Below the pieces are notes generated by a model, which saw only the letters and a program-made list of their open reading frames with translations, did not search any database and had not been told where the DNA came from. The translations under genes and the position numbers were made by a program. A DNA stretch of 64,000 nucleotides from an uncultured virus (IMG/VR IMGVR_UViG_3300043399_001317) (taxonomy: Duplodnaviria > Heunggongvirae > Uroviricota > Caudoviricetes). This document shows, one piece after another, positions 58,492 through 64,000 of this stretch. The stretch is taken from IMG/VR virus record IMGVR_UViG_3300043399_001317. One strand, written 5' to 3'. Each line of letters starts with the position of its first letter. Positions within the stretch are counted from its first letter, which is position 1.

Positions 58492-58546
58492 ATGTCTTTT
58501 TTTATGGTACAAAGATAAAGAATAAATTTGAATTCCGCAATAGACT

Positions 58547-58831
58547 CTATGTATTTTTTTCCCAAACCTTCAGGCCGTCCTTATGTTTGTAGTGTTCGTC
58601 AAAGTCTCTATGCACAGTGAAACTGATACCATTCACTTGAATGGTTACTGATTTTGCAACCACCGAGTAATACCAACACCCCTCATCGCAACCACAGCCA
58701 CAATCCCTTTTAATGTTGTACCTGTCTACTACCTTACCTTTCAGGGAACGGGCAGCCCTCGCAGTGGCCTTTGTCCAAGACAGGCCAAGCTCTAAACCCT
58801 CGATGATTTTGTTTCGCAGCATTTCTGTCAT
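58547..58831 (-). CDS. Hypothetical protein (Cys cluster)
   Basis: 94 aa; DCGCGCDEGC. Confidence 0.6.
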   Translation of the reverse strand: MTEMLRNKIIEGLELGLSWTKATARAARSLKGKVVDRYNIKRDCGCGCDEGCWYYSVVAKSVTIQVNGISFTVHRDFDEHYKHKDGLKVWEKNT

Positions 58832-58953
58832 GGCTTTTATTTTTGGTTATTTAATAGGACAAAGATAAAAGTTATTTTTGAATTATGCAATAGCCACATA
58901 AAATTTAACAAAAAAAATCCCTCATACCTTATTCAGATGTGAGGGAATTTTTA

Positions 58954-59565
58954 TCACAAAAACTTTTTGAGTTCGTCAATAAAAGACAAAAGGTCATGTT
59001 TGTTTTCCGGGTTCAACAAATAAACGGGCACATTCACACCCATTATATTTGCGAATTCCGGCAACATTAGGTTGTACACCCTTCTATCAGGTTTTTGCAG
59101 AAAGAAATGGATAGCCTCAGCCACATGTTCAACCTTAACCCTATCCGATTTATCAAGTTGCGCAACTGTTTTAGAGACAACTATGATTTTTTGCAAAGTT
59201 GTCTCAGATAAAGACATCCTTCTTTGAGCCGTTTTTAAAAGCATCTCAGAAGTTTGGTCTATCTCGCAATCAACAACCTCGAAATCTTTTGCGGCCTCAA
59301 CCCTTTTTTTGGACTCATCCAAATTGAAGACAGGTATTCCGTTTACCCTATCTAAAGGGTATAATTCAACGGTCAACCCGTCTTCTGCGGATAAAATATC
59401 TTCACCCATTTCTGGGAGGATTATAGCTTTGAAGTCCTCGAACATTGGTTCAAAGGACATTGGAACTATTTTGTAACCCCCCAAAAGCGCAATCTCATAC
59501 GCCCTTTGAAGGTTAACCCACGCGCCCGTGTATTGCACGGTCTTTATTTTCTTTTTCTTTGCCAT
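58954..59565 (-). CDS. Protein with ComM/YifB (Mg-chelatase) C-terminal-like domain, no Walker A
   Basis: RAYEIA..GG; LS.....KII.VSKTVAQLD.S..V..EHVAEAI. Confidence 0.65.
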   Translation of the reverse strand: MAKKKKIKTVQYTGAWVNLQRAYEIALLGGYKIVPMSFEPMFEDFKAIILPEMGEDILSAEDGLTVELYPLDRVNGIPVFNLDESKKRVEAAKDFEVVDCEIDQTSEMLLKTAQRRMSLSETTLQKIIVVSKTVAQLDKSDRVKVEHVAEAIHFFLQKPDRRVYNLMLPEFANIMGVNVPVYLLNPENKHDLLSFIDELKKFL

Positions 59566-59702
59566 AGCAATTTTTTTTGGTTGTTTAATGATACAAAGAT
59601 AGGTTTTATTTTTGAAATAAACAATATCCAGATAAAACTTTAACAAAAAAATTCCCTCATACCTTATTCAGATGTGAGGGAATTTTTTGTGGTGAGGTGT
59701 TA

Positions 59703-60383
59703 CTATTCTACCTTATTGGTTTTCACCCCGGTAAGGTTTGCCCCAGTTATGTTGACCCCGGTCAGTTTCGCCCCGGTCAGGTCGGCCTCGGTTAGGTCTG
59801 CATCGCTTAGGTTGACACTATTTAGGGTGGCACTATTTAGGTTGGTACCGATAAGGTTCGCCCCTCTCATGCAAGCACCATTCAGGTTTGCCCCGGTCAG
59901 GTCGGCCTTACCAAGTTCAACCTCTACCATATTTGCACCAGCCATATTTGCTTGTCTCATATCAGAACAACTCAAGTTTGCCCCAGCCATATTAACACCG
60001 ATTAAGTTCGCCCCGCTCAAGTCGGCATTGTAAAGGTGAGCGCCCCTCAAGTTTGTCCAGATAAGTTTTGCGTCGCTCAGGTTCGCAAACACTAAACAAG
60101 CATCGCTAAGGTCTGCTCCGCTCAGGTTTGCATTGTATAGAGACGCTTTGCTAAAATTAACCCCTTTCAAGTTCGCCCCGCTCAAGTTGGCATTGTACAG
60201 GTAAACCCCAGTCAGGTCGGCCCCAGTCAGGTCAGCCCCAGTCAGGTCAGACTCGCGTAGGTTTGCGTAACTAAGGTTCGCCCCGGCTAGATTTACCCCG
60301 GTCAGTTTTAACCGGTATAAATTAGCTCCTTTAAAATCCCGCTCCCCGGCGGCGTAGCGTTCTAAAAGTTTTTCCGCTGTCAT
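59703..60383 (-). CDS. Pentapeptide-repeat protein
   Basis: MTAEKLLERYAAGERDF + repeats. Confidence 0.95.
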   Translation of the reverse strand: MTAEKLLERYAAGERDFKGANLYRLKLTGVNLAGANLSYANLRESDLTGADLTGADLTGVYLYNANLSGANLKGVNFSKASLYNANLSGADLSDACLVFANLSDAKLIWTNLRGAHLYNADLSGANLIGVNMAGANLSCSDMRQANMAGANMVEVELGKADLTGANLNGACMRGANLIGTNLNSATLNSVNLSDADLTEADLTGAKLTGVNITGANLTGVKTNKVE

Positions 60384-60503
60384 GTTTTTTTTATTTGTTA
60401 TTTAATAGTACAAAGTTAAGGGTTATTTTTGAAATAAACAATAGGTAGATAAATTTTAACAAAAAAAATCCCCCACAGCTTATCCAGATGTGAGGGAATT
60501 TTT

Positions 60504-60704
60504 TTAGTCTGCCCAACCCCGGGTATAACGCTTTACCCCGGTAGGAATGGGGTATTCAGGGTCTTTTTTAAAGTTAGCCCTCCATTGACGCCATGCTTCT
60601 CTGGTAGCACGGTTGGCAGAAGTCTTGTATGGTTTGCGGATACCAGCCCGCTTGGGCAGTAAGTGATGCCCTTTCTCCTTTAATGCTTCAGGTTTTGCAG
60701 CCAT
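60504..60704 (-). CDS. Small basic hypothetical protein
   Basis: 66 aa, K/R-rich, followed by a terminator. Confidence 0.6.
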   Translation of the reverse strand: MAAKPEALKEKGHHLLPKRAGIRKPYKTSANRATREAWRQWRANFKKDPEYPIPTGVKRYTRGWAD

Positions 60705-60716
60705 TTTATATACAAT

Positions 60717-60977
60717 TTAGCAGTTACAATCCATACATACAACCCGGTAACGGTCTTCACCAGTTACCAAATCGTAGTGTTCAATAAGCACTTTAAAGCG
60801 CATGATTTTACAGACGCTTTTGAGTACTGCCATTTCTGTTTTACGGTCGCCCCTTTCGCCAGCGTGTTTGACTTCACCCAGCATTGAACGCCTTTGCTGA
60901 GGGGTGAAACTTTCTCGGTATTCGGTTATGATTTCCCGTACCAAAGCCCCGGCGCAGTGTGAGTAGAATTTTGTCAT
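60717..60977 (-). CDS. Hypothetical protein (related to the 49701..50171 N-terminus)
   Basis: QQRRSMLGEVK motif. Confidence 0.65.
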   Translation of the reverse strand: MTKFYSHCAGALVREIITEYRESFTPQQRRSMLGEVKHAGERGDRKTEMAVLKSVCKIMRFKVLIEHYDLVTGEDRYRVVCMDCNC

Positions 60978-61031
60978 AGCTATTATTTTTTTAACACCAC
61001 AAAGATATGAAATAAATATGAAACGACCAAA

Positions 61032-61373
61032 TTAATTTACCGAAATGTCAAGAAAAGGTGAATAATTTTCGCCTTTCCAAGTTACGGTCAACACCCCTTT
61101 GCTGGTCGAAATTTCCATTTCGGCGGAACAATCGGGAAAGTTAGAAAATTCAATCCCTTCCAAATTTGCCCCGACAATTTGAGTGTTGCCATCTGTTATC
61201 TCCGAGTCATAATTGGAGTCAAATACAAAAATTTCCTTTCCGTTTGAAAGCTCCAAAAAATAACCCGACGAACATTTAATCTCACAATAGGTTGTTTTAG
61301 CTGTCAATATTTGAAAGCCAACGCAACCCATAATGGACTGGTCTATCTCTTTTGTTTCATATGGATATTGCAT
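61032..61373 (-). CDS. Hypothetical protein
   Basis: 113-aa ORF after a promoter. Confidence 0.65.
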   Translation of the reverse strand: MQYPYETKEIDQSIMGCVGFQILTAKTTYCEIKCSSGYFLELSNGKEIFVFDSNYDSEITDGNTQIVGANLEGIEFSNFPDCSAEMEISTSKGVLTVTWKGENYSPFLDISVN

Positions 61374-61499
61374 TTTTATGTATTTTTAACAAAGGTAGGT
61401 TTTATTTTTGAAATAAACAATAGGTAGATAAATTTTAACAAAAAAAAATCCCCCACAGCTTATCCAGATGTGAGGGATTTTTTGGGTAGTGAGGCTTTA

Positions 61500-62051
61500 C
61501 TATTCTACCTTATTGGTTTTCACCCCGGTAAGGTTTGCCCCAGTTATGTTGACCCCGGTCAGTTTCGCCCCGGTCAGGTCGGCCTCGGTTAGGTCCGCAT
61601 AGCTTAGGTTGGTTCCGTTTAATGTTGTGTTACTTAGGTTCGCCCCTTTCAGGTTTGCACCATTCAGGTTTGCACCATTCAGGTTTGCACCGCTAAGGTT
61701 TGTATCATGAAGGTCGGTATTGGTCAGGTTTGCCCCGGCTAGGTTTGCCTCTATCATATTAGAACAACTTGTATTAGCAAAAGTCATATTTACACCGATT
61801 AGGTTTGCTTCAACCAAATTGGTACTATAGAGGCTAGCACCGCTCAGGTTTACCCAGATAAGTTTTGCCTTGTTCAGGTTTGAAAAGTTGAGGTTTGCAT
61901 CGGTCAGGTTGGCACCGCTTAGGCTGGCCCCACTCAGGTTTATTTCGCTTAGGTTTACCCCGCTTAGGTTGGCCCCAGTAAGGTCAGCACCCGAAAAATC
62001 CCGCTCTCCGTATGCATAGCTTTCCAATAACAATAATTCTTCTGCTGTCAT
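61500..62051 (-). CDS. Pentapeptide-repeat protein
   Basis: MTAEELLLLESYAYGERDF; 3' end identical to the 59703 gene. Confidence 0.95.
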   Translation of the reverse strand: MTAEELLLLESYAYGERDFSGADLTGANLSGVNLSEINLSGASLSGANLTDANLNFSNLNKAKLIWVNLSGASLYSTNLVEANLIGVNMTFANTSCSNMIEANLAGANLTNTDLHDTNLSGANLNGANLNGANLKGANLSNTTLNGTNLSYADLTEADLTGAKLTGVNITGANLTGVKTNKVE

Positions 62052-62090
62052 TTGTTTTTATTTTATTGATACAAAGATAAAAGTTATTTT

Positions 62091-62450
62091 TCAATTTAGC
62101 AACCATTTGGCCGAAAAATTTTCAAGCCATTGGATATAATCCATAACAAAACTTTCAGCGTCCTTTTTCTCAAGCACCTTTACAAGGTTTTCATACGCTG
62201 TTTTTATGTCAACCGGGGTTCCTGATTCATCGGTTAAAACGACATACACAATATCGTCATTCATCAGGATACCGACGATGTTTTGAATTGTAACAAAGTC
62301 AGAACCCTTTTCCATAAGGTTTCTGTGGTCGGTATAGTCAAAAAACCCTTTGGATTCCAAACACTCCCTGAAATGGTTTAGAACGGTTAACCATTCCTCC
62401 ATTCCTTTGATGTTTAAATACCGCTTCTGGATATACTCTTCCCAGTTCAT
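62091..62450 (-). CDS. Hypothetical protein
   Basis: 119-aa ORF, ATGA overlap with upstream gene. Confidence 0.65.
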   Translation of the reverse strand: MNWEEYIQKRYLNIKGMEEWLTVLNHFRECLESKGFFDYTDHRNLMEKGSDFVTIQNIVGILMNDDIVYVVLTDESGTPVDIKTAYENLVKVLEKKDAESFVMDYIQWLENFSAKWLLN

Positions 62451-62926
62451 TTGTTTACTATTTTGCTTAGTTTGTCGATTATCGGTTTATAGAACCCTGA
62501 TTCGTTTTCTGAAAACCCTTTTTCCATCCCTTCTTTTTCTTTTGTTTCCTCATCGGTTAACCCAGAACCAAATTCTTTGTCAACCAAATCGGAGAACCTG
62601 TCAACCCGCTGTTTTTGTTGCCACTTAACCGGGTTATTATGGAAAAGAATGATATCTTCTATTATTTCCAATGATACCTTTTTGATTTTGTTAAGCCCAT
62701 AATCTTGGGGTTTTTCGGTTGAATGTAGTTCTATTCCCATGTTGGTATACAGAACCACTTTATCAACCCCTTTTATGCGGGCACTGAAAACCATTTCCCC
62801 CAAATCCTTCTTTGTAATCAGATAACTTCCATTATCCGATGTCAAACAAAAAAGGTCGGCTGTTTTTCCATCCCAGCCAATTTTGAAGGATATCCCGTTT
62901 TCGGTTATGTAATCAGAAAGTTTCAT
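62447..62926 (-). CDS. Hypothetical protein
   Basis: 159-aa ORF after a promoter. Confidence 0.65.
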   Translation of the reverse strand: MKLSDYITENGISFKIGWDGKTADLFCLTSDNGSYLITKKDLGEMVFSARIKGVDKVVLYTNMGIELHSTEKPQDYGLNKIKKVSLEIIEDIILFHNNPVKWQQKQRVDRFSDLVDKEFGSGLTDEETKEKEGMEKGFSENESGFYKPIIDKLSKIVNK

Positions 62927-63035
62927 ATCTTTTTTTTTGATAAGTCAAAGATACAAACTATTTTTGACATAAACAAAAAAGGGGGCAACTTTTTTTGTTG
63001 CACCCCTTAAAAAAATATTGTTAACCAAAAATATA

Positions 63036-63398
63036 TCATTCCCCCATTGCTTGTTTTATTGCTTTGGGGTTTGTTTCAATTAGTTCGTCAATTGCCTCCG
63101 CCAGAACATCAAAGTATAGGTTTTCAACCCTACATTTGACCGTGTAATCCTCATTTAAGAGCGTTACGTCAAAGAGGTCCAATGAATTAAGGGTAATCAA
63201 AACCCAGAACTGGTGATAGCGCCCATTAGCTTTGAAGCCAAAGGCTAAATCTTTGAAGTTTGAAAAGTTTGTTCCGCCCCAAGAGAAGAACATGGTAATA
63301 TTAACCTTCAGATATGCGAAGGTTTCTTTTACATTTTGCTCCCTCGGTTTGAGGTCTTCAATTAATTTAAAGACTTTTAGTGCGTTTTCTTTGTGCAT
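63036..63398 (-). CDS. Hypothetical phage protein
   Basis: FFSWG...FKANG..H..WVLITLN..DLFDV. Confidence 0.7.
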   Translation of the reverse strand: MHKENALKVFKLIEDLKPREQNVKETFAYLKVNITMFFSWGGTNFSNFKDLAFGFKANGRYHQFWVLITLNSLDLFDVTLLNEDYTVKCRVENLYFDVLAEAIDELIETNPKAIKQAMGE

Positions 63399-63508
63399 CG
63401 TTTTTTATTTTTGTTAATACAAAGATACAAAATATTTTTGATATAAACAAAAAAGGGGGCAACTTTTTTGCTGTCCCCCTAAAAAATATTGTTAATCCTT
63501 AATCGATA

Positions 63509-63949
63509 TTACCATTTTACGACCGCACCTTTAGGTAGCTGGTCAATTGTTAATTTTTTAGGTACACAATCTTCGGCGTGCATACGTGCCTGACGCGCCA
63601 TTTGAAGCGTGGGAATCTCTATACCCCTAAATTCTGTGCAAGAGTCACCCAATGGCTCAGGTGTTTCGCCGATAAAAGTAAAATGGGGTTTAAACAAATA
63701 GCTGACCGCTGGCTCCCATTTGCTTTTGGCGGCTATTCTAAACCATGCCTCATCATCTGGTCGCCCCAAAAGATTAGGTGCCACACATTTAAAATTGCGC
63801 CACTTGGTGACGCTTATTTTTTTGAAACTAAATCCCTCTGACTGGTCTCTAAAACGACCCCCGCCCACATAACCCTTTGCCTCTTCTTCTGTCCATTCAG
63901 AGGGAAAAGATACAACAAACTCAATCGCTTCAAAAGTTATGTGGCTCAT
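63509..63949 (-). CDS. Hypothetical protein
   Basis: Start MSHIT after a promoter. Confidence 0.65.
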   Translation of the reverse strand: MSHITFEAIEFVVSFPSEWTEEEAKGYVGGGRFRDQSEGFSFKKISVTKWRNFKCVAPNLLGRPDDEAWFRIAAKSKWEPAVSYLFKPHFTFIGETPEPLGDSCTEFRGIEIPTLQMARQARMHAEDCVPKKLTIDQLPKGAVVKW

Positions 63950-64000
63950 GATTTTTTTTTTGATTAACAATAATACAAATATAAGGTTTATTTTTGAAAC

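Noticed and set aside
16284..60033. Plus-strand ORFs antisense to pentapeptide genes (FAPVRSAP-type)
   Set aside because: Shadow frames of repetitive coding sequence
42370..62051. Diversity-generating retroelement acting on pentapeptide or LRR genes
   Set aside because: No reverse transcriptase in the window, and near-identical segments do not show adenine-specific differences
1..64000. Genome-wide alternative genetic code
   Set aside because: Long genes translate intact under code 11 and TGA/TAA are used as stops; only the local TAG observation is kept

Overview
AT-rich, gene-dense 64-kb segment that reads as part of a large (probably jumbo) lytic phage genome with a Bacteroidota host; this is inferred from gene content and from dozens of Bacteroidota-type TAnnTTTG promoters. 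No capsid, terminase or polymerase genes are visible here. Recognisable genes are thyA, DHFR, a NUDIX hydrolase, two DNA methyltransferases, two RNA ligases plus a kinase and phosphoesterases, an SF2 helicase, a GH73-like lipoprotein and a DUF932-like protein. Two expanded families dominate: 13 pentapeptide-repeat genes, mostly in promoter-gene-terminator cassettes, and proteins with ~22-aa LRR-like repeats, four of which carry an N-terminal ADP-ribosyltransferase-like domain. The most unusual element is an RNA island at ~50.6-52.1 kb. It holds two normal tRNAs, three tRNA-shaped RNAs whose anticodon loop is enlarged or replaced by a folded domain (10, 51 and 64 nt), and five further structured ncRNAs behind near-identical strong promoters. 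Other notable items: ncRNA candidates at 17.5 kb (apparently inserted into a gene) and 37.5-37.8 kb (tandem pseudoknot-capable repeat), two neighbouring genes with in-frame TAG codons, and a repeat-rich strand-skew switch at ~31.3 kb (candidate origin). All protein calls are from motifs read by eye and all RNA folds were paired by hand; no searches were run.
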